A stretch of 63,269 nt of DNA, the filler included, from Candidatus Sysuiplasma jiujiangense (GTDB lineage Archaea > Thermoplasmatota > Thermoplasmata > Sysuiplasmatales > Sysuiplasmataceae), in the NCBI GenBank assembly GCA_019721075.1. It is 3 parts of 3 records of this genome, joined end to end, with 100 filler letters (N's around TTAATTAATTAA, not from the genome) between each part and the next. Parts side by side here need not be neighbours in the genome. Positions count along the whole stretch, not along the records: positions 23,246 to 44,359 come from JAHEAD010000022.1; 2 more parts are not named here. One strand, given 5' to 3'. The notes under the pieces were generated by a model. That model was given only the letters and a program-made list of their open reading frames with translations. It made no database searches and was not told the origin of the DNA. This document shows positions 25,110 through 38,273 of the stretch, one piece after another; position 1 is the stretch's first letter, and each line of letters opens with the position of its first letter. The translations under genes and the position numbers were made by a program.

Positions 25110-25719
25110 GGCTGCCCTGAGCAGTTCACGGTTGTAGTGGAAACCCGAGAGTTCAGGACTCTTCGGCCTGAGCGACAGCGCCCTGTCTACGAATATGTCG
25201 AGCGTTGTGAGCGTCCAGCAGAGCTTCTCCCTGTTAAGCTGTGCTGCGGCTATCTGACCTCTGTTTCATGTGTGCAGCTCATAACCGGAATATAATCGGA
25301 TCGACGGGCAGGCTGAGAAACAGTGGCAATGCGGTTTTCAGGGCTTATTCCATACGGTCGTCGTACGAACGTTACGATCCTGCTCGGACATACTGATAGC
25401 GGGCGGGCACTTTTTTCCTCAAGGAACTGCTGATGCTGTCAAGTCTATTCTTGGACTCGCGCTCATCAAGCCTGTGAACTTCCGCTCTTATTTCGCTGTG
25501 AACCAGTCCTGACATGTTAATGCCATGCCTGCGGGCGCCTTCTTTCAGTTCCCCCGGTATTTTGCAGTGACCACTTCTTGCGTACGGATGCGGTCATACC
25601 AAATTGCCATTTGGGCAACACCTCAACCGTCCAGACTCACAACAGTGAGCTGGAAGGCACCTCAGCTTACCTGGGAGTGATGAAGGAGGGCAAATCCTTC
25701 AAGATTGCTGGTTCCAGCA

Positions 25720-28133
<2,414 letters not shown>

Positions 28134-28277
28134 CTAAGGAAAGTCGTACAAATTTGCCCTTCTGTTATTCTCAATCAACGCATCCTCTTTATCCTTTTCC
28201 ATATTTTCGATGTACTGGCAGAGGGTAAAAAATTATATCTTGCGTGTATTTAAACGCCCTGCAGACATAAACTTGCC

Positions 28278-28460
28278 AAAGGTCCTTGACATAATAACTT
28301 GAAATAATTTCTTACACTTTCCTTTCACGATTCCTGCAAGACAGGAAGACCAGATCGTGAAATGATTCTCAGAATGCTACATCCACACCGTAAACATCCT
28401 GACTGGAATTATACAATCATTCATTAGAAAAAAATCCAGGTTATTATGTCAAAGACCCTT
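28278..28460. mobile_element. MITE (~180 bp) with ~35-bp imperfect terminal inverted repeats
   Basis: AAAGGTCCTTGACATAATAACTTG... versus the reverse complement of the right end AAGGGTCTTTGACATAATAACCTG... Confidence 0.75.
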
Positions 28461-28636
28461 AGCACAACTCTTCGCATCCGTCCCTGCAGCGGCTGCCGTC
28501 GGAGTATTCTTCGGCTACGGGACGGCCAGTCTGACGCATTTCGGCGCGACCGTTCCGGGATCCATGGGCCCTTACGTTGCTCTTCTGGCTGAATTCATAA
28601 TGACATTCTTCTTCCTTTGGGCAATAGTTACAAATT

Positions 28637-29713
28637 TCATAGTAAGATATTTCCTATGAATTTGTCTGGCAGCGAACGGAGACTATAGACTCCCGCCAGC
28701 CCCAGCAGCCTGATGTTCTGCACACCATTCATGTCGGCGTCATCTCTGTGTCCACAATGGACGCACCTGAACACCTTGCCGCTGCGGCTTCGCCTGTCCC
28801 ACTTGCCGCAGAACCGGCAGAACTGCGATGTCTTCCAGGGGGACACACATCTCGGCTCAATCCCCTGTTCCTCACATCTCTGCTCAAGCCATTCTGCTTC
28901 CCTGGCATAAAGCCGGTGGGACAGCCGTCTGTTATGTGCACGCGGAAACATTCAGCGCGTCCGTGATTTAACGGAGTGTAAATCCTCGATGGCCGGTGTC
29001 CTGACACCTGACAGATCGAGCCTCTTCAGCTCGCTGAATGCCTTCTGCCTGACCTGTTCATGCGTGTGCTCCTCCCTCACATCGAAGGAGCGTATGAAAT
29101 CATTCATCCCCTTCCCCGCAACCTCCCCGTCGGAGCATGTGACCGCATCGACATAACCGAGGTCGATGCCCTCTATGCTGCCGTCGGTCTTCCGCACCGG
29201 CTTCTCCTTCTCGAATAGGAAGTCTATGAAGAGTGTGCCGTTGTGCAGCAGCAGCCTCATCGACTTCGACAGTGTGAAGCCGCTGCCTGCCCACCTGTTC
29301 CACATTTCCGTCTTTTTGAAAGGAAGCATGAATGTGAAGCCCGACTGCACTTTGACCCATTCAAACGAATTGCGCTCGTCTGCGATGCTCCAGAAGCGGC
29401 CGTCGAGTTCTGCCGCCATCGCAGTGAAGCGCGGCATTGTTCTCTGCCGCTTTGGTTTCATGCGCTGGCTCTTCACAATCTGCAGCGCCTGTCTGCCAGC
29501 ACACTGTATGAGCCTTGCCGTCAGTGCGAAGCGCCTCTCTGCAGGCATGTGCGCACTGTCTACATAGACGTCGTCAAAATTCCGTTCAGACCAGTACATT
29601 TCGATGAAATGGTTCACACAGCGGCCGTATTCTGTCAGGAAGGCTGTGACTGGTTCAAGCTTGACACTGTTGAGCGGACTCGCAATCCTGACCGTCCTAC
29701 GCATCATTGCCAT
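28637..29713 (-). pseudogene. tnpB: TnpB-like RNA-guided nuclease with an in-frame TGA at 28952-28954
   Basis: GIDLG, AIEDL, TSQFCRFCG...FRCVHCG...DAD; the two ORF-track pieces abut in the same frame. Confidence 0.85.
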
Positions 29714-30275
29714 TATGCTTCAACTCCGCTATGATTTTCTCAGTCTTCCGTCTGCTCGGCCGCAGCCCGTACAGCCTTGCGCAGAATGACGTTATGATTG
29801 AAACGAAGTCCTGCATCAGGTCGTCCCTGTCATTCGATGCCTCGTTGACCACTTCTATACACTTGCCGTGCTGCCTGAGCAGCGTGTCGATGTAGTTGAA
29901 ACCGAAGCGCGTGAGCCTGTCCCTGTGATCCACTACTATCTTCGAGTAGCCGTCGTCTGTGAGCAGTTTGAGCAGCTGCTTCCTGCTGTCATTCACGCCG
30001 CTGCCCACCTCCTTCACTACTCTGTATATCCTGTACCCGCGTGCGATGGCATACTGTGTGAGACGCTCTGCCTGGCTGTCAAGATTGCCCCTCTTTTCCG
30101 AACTGGAGACACGGGCGTATATGGCAACACTGTCCGGCAGTATGGAGGGTCTCTCCTCTTCAACTATGATTGTGCCGGTAGGCAGCTGATGCGCTTTCAG
30201 CTGACCCGCTTTCCACATGCGCCATGCGGCACGATAACCAATGCCCTCTTTCCGTGCCCATACAGATAACTTCAT
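29697..30275 (-). CDS. tnpA: IS607 serine recombinase (transposase)
   Basis: MKLSVWA HTH, YARVSS, DRLTRFG, SFCARLYG. Confidence 0.95.
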   Translation of the reverse strand: MKLSVWARKEGIGYRAAWRMWKAGQLKAHQLPTGTIIVEEERPSILPDSVAIYARVSSSEKRGNLDSQAERLTQYAIARGYRIYRVVKEVGSGVNDSRKQLLKLLTDDGYSKIVVDHRDRLTRFGFNYIDTLLRQHGKCIEVVNEASNDRDDLMQDFVSIITSFCARLYGLRPSRRKTEKIIAELKHNGNDA

Positions 30276-30914
30276 ACGACCATTAATGACTGTATAACAA
30301 TTAAAGTTTAATGATACTCACAGTAGCAACCAGAACCACGGAGGTACCCGTGATATCGGCAGTCCTTGGCTTATACCTCACAGCGATGCTGCTGCTGATT
30401 GGCTCGATAAGCAGTGGCTCTGTGGACCCCGCGAGATCCTTCGGACCGGCAGTAGTCTCAGGCAATCTCCTTCAGGGAAAGTTCTATCAGTGGATTTACC
30501 GGGTTGGCCCCGTACTTGGCGGTATACTGCGTTCATTCGCCTTTAAATTCATGAATGGGTACGGTGCCAAAATACACTGCTAGATCCTTGTTTTCTTTAT
30601 GGAAAAGAGACGAGTTCTGCCCCTCGACCGCTTTTCTACTGTTTTACCGTGAAGTACTTTCGGTAATGCATTGACGGCAAAGCACCGGATAGTTTAGCGC
30701 GCAGGCCGCCATCCTTCCGGAAGCTGATACAGACAGCCTCTGACATGGACGTTGTGTCGCTGACTGTACTGCGGCATAAGCGGCATTGTATGAAAACTGA
30801 CTCGCCAACGCACTGGAATTACATTTTTCGGGTAATGCCGGAATTGCATCCGGGGGTCATCCGTACTGAAAAGAGTTATAATCAGCTGCACAGTTGCTCA
30901 ACCGGTAGATTGCC

Positions 30915-32114
30915 ATGGATTTCTCATTATCAGAGGAAGAGACGCTCTTTCAGAAGAACGTACACGACTTCCTGCGATCCAAACTGACGCCGATCGCCAG
31001 GGAGATTGACAGCAAACACAGCATTCCTGAAGAACTGCTGCACGGGATGGGCGAGATTGGCCTGCTCGGAGCGACAATTCCGGAGAAGTACGGCGGCCCG
31101 GGCGGGAGCATGACCATGGCAACGATAGGTGCGATGGAAGTCGGTGCGGCGGACCCGAGCATGGCCATGGCCGTATACTACCTCCTCGTTACCGGATGGA
31201 GCCATCTCGTGTCGAAGCTTGGAACAGAGGAACTCAGGCAATCCCTTTTGCCGAAGGTGGCCGCCGGAAGAGAATTTCTCGGCATCGCGACGACTGAGCC
31301 CGGAGGAGGCTCGGACCTCGTCGGAATGAAGACCAGTGCCCGCCGGGAGAAGGGAAAACTGGTGATAAACGGGGAAAAGATCTACATAAGCGGGGTGTCT
31401 GAGGCAAAGAGGACGGGAGGCGGGCATCTGACGCTCATGAAGACAGATCCGAAGCTCAAGCATCACGGGCTGACATTCGCATACGTGCCGATCAATTCCA
31501 GCGGGATAGAAACCACTGTCCTCGACAACATGGGAAGGATGGGGATCTCCACCGGAATAATTTCCTACAGGGACGTCGAAATACCGGAAATGAACATAAT
31601 AGGCGAATACAACAGGGGCTTCTTCCATGCAATGATGGGCTTCAATTATGCCAGGACGCTTGTTTCTGCAGCATGCGTGGGTGCCGCGGAATGGGCACTG
31701 GAGACTGGTGCGGAATACATCAAAAAGAGGACAGCATTCGGTTCCCCCCTTGCGAAATACGAGGGAATCTCTTTCGAGTATGCGGATCTCGCCGTGCAGA
31801 AGGAGATGGTGAGAAACCAAGTGCTCAAGGCGGCAACACTACTTGACGGCTACGACAGGGGGAAGGATGTTTCGATGAGGGACATAAACATTGCCGTGTC
31901 CTCGTGCAAACTGACGGCACCGCCGCTTGCGCTTGAGACGGTAAAGAAGGTCATGATGTGGCACGGTGCGCTGAGTTACACGAAAGACACGTACCTGGAA
32001 ATGGCGATGAGGGGCATACTGTCATATGTCGTCGGTGCCGAGGGAGCGCTCAACATAATGAAACTCGTGATAGTCAGGGAACTGCTCGGTCCGGACTACC
32101 TTCCGTACAGGTAA
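30915..32114 (+). CDS. Acyl-CoA dehydrogenase
   Basis: IPEKYGG, TEPGGGSD, INGEKIYIS, RTAFG. Confidence 0.93.
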   Translation: MDFSLSEEETLFQKNVHDFLRSKLTPIAREIDSKHSIPEELLHGMGEIGLLGATIPEKYGGPGGSMTMATIGAMEVGAADPSMAMAVYYLLVTGWSHLVSKLGTEELRQSLLPKVAAGREFLGIATTEPGGGSDLVGMKTSARREKGKLVINGEKIYISGVSEAKRTGGGHLTLMKTDPKLKHHGLTFAYVPINSSGIETTVLDNMGRMGISTGIISYRDVEIPEMNIIGEYNRGFFHAMMGFNYARTLVSAACVGAAEWALETGAEYIKKRTAFGSPLAKYEGISFEYADLAVQKEMVRNQVLKAATLLDGYDRGKDVSMRDINIAVSSCKLTAPPLALETVKKVMMWHGALSYTKDTYLEMAMRGILSYVVGAEGALNIMKLVIVRELLGPDYLPYR

Positions 32115-32116
32115 AG

Positions 32117-33340
32117 ATGACACGAGAGGAGAGGCAACCGGAACATAGTGCCCGGGATTCGGGCCGGATGAGGCCGGTGTATGACAGTCTGTGCATATCC
32201 CGCATGCTGCAGAACCTCGGCAGCATACTGGAGGGAAAGACATCGGCGGTCCCCGACATATTCGGGAACTGTGCCGGAAACAGCCATGTGGTACTGCTGA
32301 TTGCGGACGGAATGGGACTGCTCAATATAAAGGAGAATATCGGAAGGCTTCCCTTTCTCGATCGTCTCAACACTGAAGGGTCTCTGGGGGCAGGCACATC
32401 TGTGTTCCCGTCCACGACCGCAGCATCCATGACAAGCCTGTACACTGCCTCTGATCCCTTTTCCCACGGGCTGCTTGAATGGTACCTGTATCTTGACGAG
32501 GCGGAAATGGTGATCGAAACACTGCCGTTTTCCGCGCACAATCCGGCTGAATACGATAAATTCAGATCGCTCCATCTGGACATCAGGCTGCTTTTCGAAG
32601 GGACACCCTACACGACCAGGCTGACAGCGGAAGGCATAGAATGCACGGCGATAATGCCCCGCTCCATCAAAGACAGCGCCTACTCTTCCGCCGTTTTTCC
32701 CTCTGCAGATACCATCGGATACGATGCACTTGAGGATGTACTGCCGTTGATGAATAAGGGCGTAACAGGGAAGCATCTCACTGTAATCTACTACCCGGGA
32801 GCTGATACCGAAGGCCATGTCCACGGCCCTCTGTCTGAAAACTACCTGAAGGAGATGAGACGCGTGGACAGCTTCCTGCGTGCCTTCCGGGAAAGCGATA
32901 TCCGTGGAACTTCCCTCGTGATGACAGCCGATCACGGGCAGATTGAGATGGACCCGCGTTCGATAGTCTACCTGAATGAATTCGACTGGTTCGACGATAT
33001 GCTCCCGGCTGCTGCGTCGGGAAAGACGATTCCGCCTTACGGCTCGCCTAGGGATGTAATAATAAGAAGCAGGGACGCAGTGAAAATGAAGAGCATGCTT
33101 GAAAAGGAGCTAGGCGATACTGCAACCGCAGCCGAGTCGTTCCGCCTGGCCGGGGAAGGTTACTTCGGAAGAGGTAAGAGGGCCAAAGCGCTTTCGTCAA
33201 GGATGGGCGATCTGTGGCTCCTGCCCAATCCCGGCACCGGCGTATGGTACAGGCATTTCGACGATGAGGAAGTGAAGCTGAAGGGCATGCATGGCGGCCT
33301 TACGGCGGAGGAGATGCTGATTCCTGTTGCGGTGTTATAG
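32117..33340 (+). CDS. Alkaline-phosphatase superfamily nucleotide pyrophosphatase
   Basis: ADGMG, FPSTT, DTEGHVHGP, TADHG, GMHGG. Confidence 0.9.
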   Translation: MTREERQPEHSARDSGRMRPVYDSLCISRMLQNLGSILEGKTSAVPDIFGNCAGNSHVVLLIADGMGLLNIKENIGRLPFLDRLNTEGSLGAGTSVFPSTTAASMTSLYTASDPFSHGLLEWYLYLDEAEMVIETLPFSAHNPAEYDKFRSLHLDIRLLFEGTPYTTRLTAEGIECTAIMPRSIKDSAYSSAVFPSADTIGYDALEDVLPLMNKGVTGKHLTVIYYPGADTEGHVHGPLSENYLKEMRRVDSFLRAFRESDIRGTSLVMTADHGQIEMDPRSIVYLNEFDWFDDMLPAAASGKTIPPYGSPRDVIIRSRDAVKMKSMLEKELGDTATAAESFRLAGEGYFGRGKRAKALSSRMGDLWLLPNPGTGVWYRHFDDEEVKLKGMHGGLTAEEMLIPVAVL

Positions 33341-33439
33341 CGCGCATGGGAGTTTTCCATTTTCACGGATGTCCCGGCACACCGTTTCAGGCTGTAAACG
33401 GCTAATTAAATAACGGTTGTGACATGATGCAACCTCACC

Positions 33440-34798
33440 ATGACCGGCGCAAAGAAGCTTTTCGGCACAAACGGCGTGAGGGGCGTAGTCAATGATTTCC
33501 TGACACCCGGATTTGTTATGGAGATGGGCATGGCGATCGGCACCCACATGCCGGGACGCATCGCTGTTGCAACCGATACGAGAACATCGAACATAATGCT
33601 GAAAGACGCGCTGATTGCGGGCATACTTTCGACGGGCTCTCCGGTTACAGATGCCGGCATCACTCCCACTCCGGCACTCCAGTATTTTGTGAAGTCGGGC
33701 GGTTTTTCCGGAGGCGTGATCATAACGGCGTCCCACAATCCTCCACAGTTCAACGGCGTGAAGGCTGTCGCCTCCGACGGCACAGAGGCGAGCAGGGAGA
33801 CTGAAAACGAGATCGAAAAGGTGTTTTACGGCCGGAACTTCAGAAAGGCCGCCTGGAATGGCGTCGGCCAATACGCCGAATACAGCTCCTGCGGCGCAGA
33901 CTACATAAGCGCAATAGCCTCAAAGGTGGATTCGGGCGCCATAAGGAAGCGGAAATTCAGGGTGGTCCTCGACTGTTCAAACGGCGCGTCGTGCTACACG
34001 GCACCATATCTCATGGACATGCTCGGCGTGGAGGCAGTGACACTCAACGCCTCGCCGCTTGGAACATTTCCCGGCCATGAAAGCGAGCCGACACCGGAGA
34101 ACCTGAAGGATCTTGTCAATGCGGTCAGAATCACCGGTGCGGATCTGGGCATCGCACACGACGGGGATGCCGACAGGGCGGTCTTTGTCGATGAGAAGGG
34201 TAACTACATACCGGGGGAGCTGAGCCTGGCACTGACAGCCAGGGAAATAATCAGGGAGAAGGGAGGAGGAATTGCCGTAGTGCCCGTGAGCACGCCAAGC
34301 GTCGTAGAGGAGGCCATCCGTCCGCTGAACGGCCGGACCATATACACAAAGGTTGGTTCGCCCGTCGTTGCAAGGAAAATGATGGAGACAAACGCCCTCA
34401 TCGGAGGCGAGGAAAACGGCGGCATCATAAACCCCGCAATGCAGTATTGCAGAGACGGCGGCATGACTGCCGCAAAGATCCTCGAGATCGTGGCCAAATC
34501 AGGGAGCCTTTCTGAACTTACAGCCTCGCTGCCGAAGTTCCACACTGTAAAGATGAAGGTCGAAATCAGCGGAAAACAGGTGCCGGATGTCATGGCTGAT
34601 GTGGAGAAGAAATCTTCTGCCAGGCGCATTGACAGAACGGACGGCATCAAACTCTTCCTGGATGACGGATGGGTGCTGGTAAGGCCGTCGGGAACGGAGC
34701 CGCTGATAAGAATATTTTCGGAAGCACGCAGTGAAAAAGCGGCAAGGGAAAACGCCGAACATTACAGGAAGCTCGTGGAAGAGATATCATCCGCATGA
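33440..34798 (+). CDS. glmM: Phosphoglucosamine mutase / phosphomannomutase
   Basis: FGTNGVRG, TASHNP, DGDADR, RPSGTEP. Confidence 0.9.
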   Translation: MTGAKKLFGTNGVRGVVNDFLTPGFVMEMGMAIGTHMPGRIAVATDTRTSNIMLKDALIAGILSTGSPVTDAGITPTPALQYFVKSGGFSGGVIITASHNPPQFNGVKAVASDGTEASRETENEIEKVFYGRNFRKAAWNGVGQYAEYSSCGADYISAIASKVDSGAIRKRKFRVVLDCSNGASCYTAPYLMDMLGVEAVTLNASPLGTFPGHESEPTPENLKDLVNAVRITGADLGIAHDGDADRAVFVDEKGNYIPGELSLALTAREIIREKGGGIAVVPVSTPSVVEEAIRPLNGRTIYTKVGSPVVARKMMETNALIGGEENGGIINPAMQYCRDGGMTAAKILEIVAKSGSLSELTASLPKFHTVKMKVEISGKQVPDVMADVEKKSSARRIDRTDGIKLFLDDGWVLVRPSGTEPLIRIFSEARSEKAARENAEHYRKLVEEISSA

Positions 34799-34839
34799 AT
34801 GCACAACGCGACAGCCGTGCCTGTCGCAGCTGCACTGAT

Positions 34840-35826
34840 TCAGAGGATTGTCAACAGGGTGAAAACGAAGAATGCAAAGAACGGCAATCCAGCCAGCAGC
34901 GCATACGGACTCATCCTGCCTTTCCTTATGAATGCAAACATGGCGAGGGAAACGGCTGTCGTTGCAAACACACTGACATACACCTGAATATCCAGATTCC
35001 ACGGGACGAGGAACATTGCCACGCCGGGGTAGAAGGTCGCATACAGCACCTTTTCACCCACGACCGAGCCTATTGCGAGGCTGTTCTTGCCGCGGAAGGC
35101 CCACACCATGGCTGAAAGCGTTTCGGGTATTGCTGTCGCAAGCGGTATGATCAGTATTGAGACGGCAAGGGCGGAAATGCCGCTTGCTGCCGAAATAGCT
35201 GAAATTGCAGAAACCATCAGTTCGGCGCCGAAGTAGAGCAGAACAGCCGAAAGGGCAAGCTGCAGCAGAACCAGGCCGTCGCTTTTGCCGAACATTTTGA
35301 AATAGGGACGGTCCGGCTCTCCTGACGGCTCAAAGGAGACCTGTTTTCTGACGGAGTTGACATAGACAACGTACAGAACAAGGAAAAATGCACCCGTTGC
35401 ATATCTGAGGAGCACTGAGTGGAAAATACCCGGCAGGAGCGTCAGGGGGAAGAGAAGAAGGACGAACAAAAACGGTATCCTCAGTGCCCGTTCAACCGGC
35501 ATGCCAGTCAACCTTCTTCCTGCCGCGAAGGCGGAGATGAGTATGGAGACGAATATCAGAAAATATGCGATCGACGATATCATGAACGGCTCACCGAAGA
35601 TGAGGCCGAGGCCGATCTCCGAACCGGAGACGCCGCGTCTGATGAAGACGGCGACAATGAATATGATGGACTCCGGAATGGATGTGAACAGAGGCGCGAC
35701 AATGGCTCCCGTGAAGCTGTGCGACCACTTCATTACATGACTCGCATACTCGATGGCATTGACAAACAGGAGGGAAGACAGGAAAACTGCAGCGACGGAC
35801 GCAACCAGAAGCAATAATGTCTCCAT
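34840..35826 (-). CDS. Sodium:calcium antiporter (CaCA family)
   Basis: Two alpha repeats (TSIPE, TAIPE) and multiple TM segments. Confidence 0.85.
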   Translation of the reverse strand: METLLLLVASVAAVFLSSLLFVNAIEYASHVMKWSHSFTGAIVAPLFTSIPESIIFIVAVFIRRGVSGSEIGLGLIFGEPFMISSIAYFLIFVSILISAFAAGRRLTGMPVERALRIPFLFVLLLFPLTLLPGIFHSVLLRYATGAFFLVLYVVYVNSVRKQVSFEPSGEPDRPYFKMFGKSDGLVLLQLALSAVLLYFGAELMVSAISAISAASGISALAVSILIIPLATAIPETLSAMVWAFRGKNSLAIGSVVGEKVLYATFYPGVAMFLVPWNLDIQVYVSVFATTAVSLAMFAFIRKGRMSPYALLAGLPFFAFFVFTLLTIL

Positions 35827-35905
35827 TCGGGCACTTGAGCGGGAAGGGGGTAATTAACAATTTAGCGCCGCGGCTCAAGGCTTACGGCTGCGGCTGAAAG
35901 GCTGT

Positions 35906-36292
35906 TCATAGTTCGAATATCTTCCGCATCCCCATGGAAGAAACATAGAATGTTTCTGAACCGATTACGAGTTTCGCTTTCTGCTCTTCATCAATCTTCA
36001 GATGGAATGTTTCGAATGTCTCCAGGTCCATGAGCTGAACCTCATTTCCGGAAATTGAAAGAACCTGCGCCTTCCTCTTGTCCATCTGCGGCACCTGTAT
36101 CTTGTGCTTGACGGGATGCACCATGCTCCTCCTCTGGCCGTCGAAAACACCAACCGCCTCTATCCTTGCCTTCGCCTCACCATGCTTCCCGGGTTTGGAG
36201 GTTGTTATGCTGAGTATCTTGCACGGTTGATCATCAATGAGAACGTATCTTCCCTCTTTGAGTTCTCTGACTTCGGCCTGCTGCCACGACAT
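35906..36292 (-). CDS. eif5a: Translation factor aIF5A
   Basis: [10 protein letters not shown] hypusine motif. Confidence 0.97.
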   Translation of the reverse strand: MSWQQAEVRELKEGRYVLIDDQPCKILSITTSKPGKHGEAKARIEAVGVFDGQRRSMVHPVKHKIQVPQMDKRKAQVLSISGNEVQLMDLETFETFHLKIDEEQKAKLVIGSETFYVSSMGMRKIFEL

Positions 36293-36442
36293 ATTAATCC
36301 CTTCTTCCCATAAGGGGGATGGTTAAATAGATTACGAATAAGGCAGCAGGCACCGGCTGCCGCAAAATGCCCGCAATGCCTGCGGAACAGTACACCTAAG
36401 AGGGGAGGCAGTGGTGCAGGCACTACTCCCGCATATCACACT

Positions 36443-37450
36443 TCAGTTTTTGGATCCTTTGAGGAGATCCGATACTTTCCGCTCGAACTCGGTTCTCATT
36501 TCACCGCCCCTGAAGGAGCCTCCGAAGTGATCAAGCCTGGCCGCGATGGCAATGCTTCCGGAAAGTCTTCTCGCTATCCTGCCCCTGAACTGCTTCGGCG
36601 ATGAATGTATGAGAGGTTCCTGGAATATTATTCCGTGCTTGGGCGGCTTCCTCCCCCTGTTGAGATGCCTGAACAGCGCCTTTTCCGCACCTATGAGCTG
36701 TATCGTCCCCGAAGGCATGGAGCTGAGGCGCTCAAGCCCGCCGGCGCCCCTCACCAGCTTGCATGCGAGCTTTGGTCCCAGAAGCGCGGTCAGGTTCGGA
36801 AATTCCTCCGCTGCTCTGACGTCGATGAAGTTTCCGAGCTCCTCCGCCGCCCCGTCTATCCGGAGTGCGAGGGAAGCGGCCTGCATGAGCATTTCCTTTT
36901 CTCCCTCCATCAGCTCTATTCCTATCGAGTTGTCCCTGAGCGAAAGGGCCTTCTGAATTGCCTGCCTGTCCCCGTACAGGCTTATTGTCTGCAGATAATC
37001 CTTTCCCTTCAGTATGTCATACAGCTCCGGATAGTGCAGCCCGAACCAGGAATACAGCCTGACCTCGGCCGAATTTACCATTTCCTTCATTTCCTCATAT
37101 GCCGTTATCGCCTCCGAAAGGTGCCTGTCGGAGCCGACCTCCTCCTTCGCCGTTTCCCTGGCGAGAATGGAAAGCGCCGAAAGGAGGAGACTGTGCTCGT
37201 ATCCGTATTTTGCAGGCACGACAAATGATGTGTCGGAGACAGTCAGCCTGCCAAGCGGCGTCAGCCTGGTCTCAAGCACCTGAACCTTCCTCTTTTCCGC
37301 CAGCCTGCGCTCCTCTGGCAGGATTCTGCCCTTCTGTATGCTGACAAGGCGTTCGGCTATTTCGGCGTCCGTCCTGGGGAAGAGTATCTGAGTTACCACC
37401 CTTTTTTCATCCACAAGAAAGGTGCCAAACCACTTTGTAACGAGTATCAC
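36443..37450 (-). CDS. nop5: Nop5/Nop56 box C/D RNP protein
   Basis: IQLIGAEKALF, PPKHGIIF, RGRIAR. Confidence 0.93.
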   Translation of the reverse strand: MILVTKWFGTFLVDEKRVVTQILFPRTDAEIAERLVSIQKGRILPEERRLAEKRKVQVLETRLTPLGRLTVSDTSFVVPAKYGYEHSLLLSALSILARETAKEEVGSDRHLSEAITAYEEMKEMVNSAEVRLYSWFGLHYPELYDILKGKDYLQTISLYGDRQAIQKALSLRDNSIGIELMEGEKEMLMQAASLALRIDGAAEELGNFIDVRAAEEFPNLTALLGPKLACKLVRGAGGLERLSSMPSGTIQLIGAEKALFRHLNRGRKPPKHGIIFQEPLIHSSPKQFRGRIARRLSGSIAIAARLDHFGGSFRGGEMRTEFERKVSDLLKGSKN

Positions 37451-37491
37451 GGTGCATGTAAACTACTGCTGGAATAAACTTCTATCCACAT

Positions 37492-38208
37492 TCATGCATC
37501 CGGGCGCTGCCCCTTTGCGTTCGAAATGCTGCTGTCCCCTGCCACCGGAACAACATCGTATATGTTGAATCTGGAGCAGAAACCGATGTCCTTCTCCTGG
37601 CCGACCTCGATTATCTTTGCACCCGACCTAGTGTTGCGCAGCAGCCGTTCCAGGTTCTCCCCCCTTGCACCTTTGAATGCGAGATACGCGGCCGATGCAA
37701 TCTCGCTGATCCGCGCCGTGCTGTCCTTCTCCAGCAGGGAGGAGATCAGCGCACCGGCGGCTATTTCATCCTCCAGGGCGTAAAGCCTGTCTATGTACCC
37801 GGAGCATATCACCGTAAGGCGCTCATCCCTACCTGCATTCCTGGCATGAATGAATGCACCGACTGAGGAGGCATCGAGCATCGATGAGGTCAGTATACTG
37901 TATTTTGCTCCCTCCCTCTTTGCCCTGAGCGCTGCCGATATCGACTGCGTGCCGGCGGAGCTTCTGTGAACCACTGTCGCCCCCCTGAGCACCGAGCCGT
38001 CCGCACTTTCGGAAATCTGCGTGGGAGAATTGCCGAACGAGAAACCGGGGGGCATGACGCCCCTGTCCTCCCCGACAAGCACATAATCGGGATTCTCCTC
38101 TTTGAGATGTAACGCCTCGTCGACGCCCGCGACAGGTATTATTCTCTCAGCGCCGAGATGTAGCATGACGGAAATCATGCTCGTTGCACGGAATGCGTCC
38201 ACAATCAC
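37492..38208 (-). CDS. comB: 2-phosphosulfolactate phosphatase family protein
   Basis: VDAFRATS, GE..G...F.FGNSP, ALEDEIAAG. Confidence 0.8.
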   Translation of the reverse strand: MIVDAFRATSMISVMLHLGAERIIPVAGVDEALHLKEENPDYVLVGEDRGVMPPGFSFGNSPTQISESADGSVLRGATVVHRSSAGTQSISAALRAKREGAKYSILTSSMLDASSVGAFIHARNAGRDERLTVICSGYIDRLYALEDEIAAGALISSLLEKDSTARISEIASAAYLAFKGARGENLERLLRNTRSGAKIIEVGQEKDIGFCSRFNIYDVVPVAGDSSISNAKGQRPDA

Positions 38209-38273
38209 AAGATAATCGCTTGCCCTCGATGTGAGTGCGCTTCCCGAGTACCATTTGAGTTCGATCGACAGTG

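Larger units (their letters stand above)
28627..30313 (-). mobile_element. IS607-family element
   Basis: tnpA plus tnpB; ATA on both flanks; removing the element restores the aquaporin frame. Confidence 0.9.
28460..30583 (+). pseudogene. Aquaporin (MIP family) pseudogene split by IS607 and 5'-truncated at the MITE
   Basis: LAQLFAS...HFGATVPG...AEFIMTFFFLWAI (28460-28626) rejoins LTVAT...SVDPARSFGPAV...WIYRVGPVLGG (30317-30583). Confidence 0.85.
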
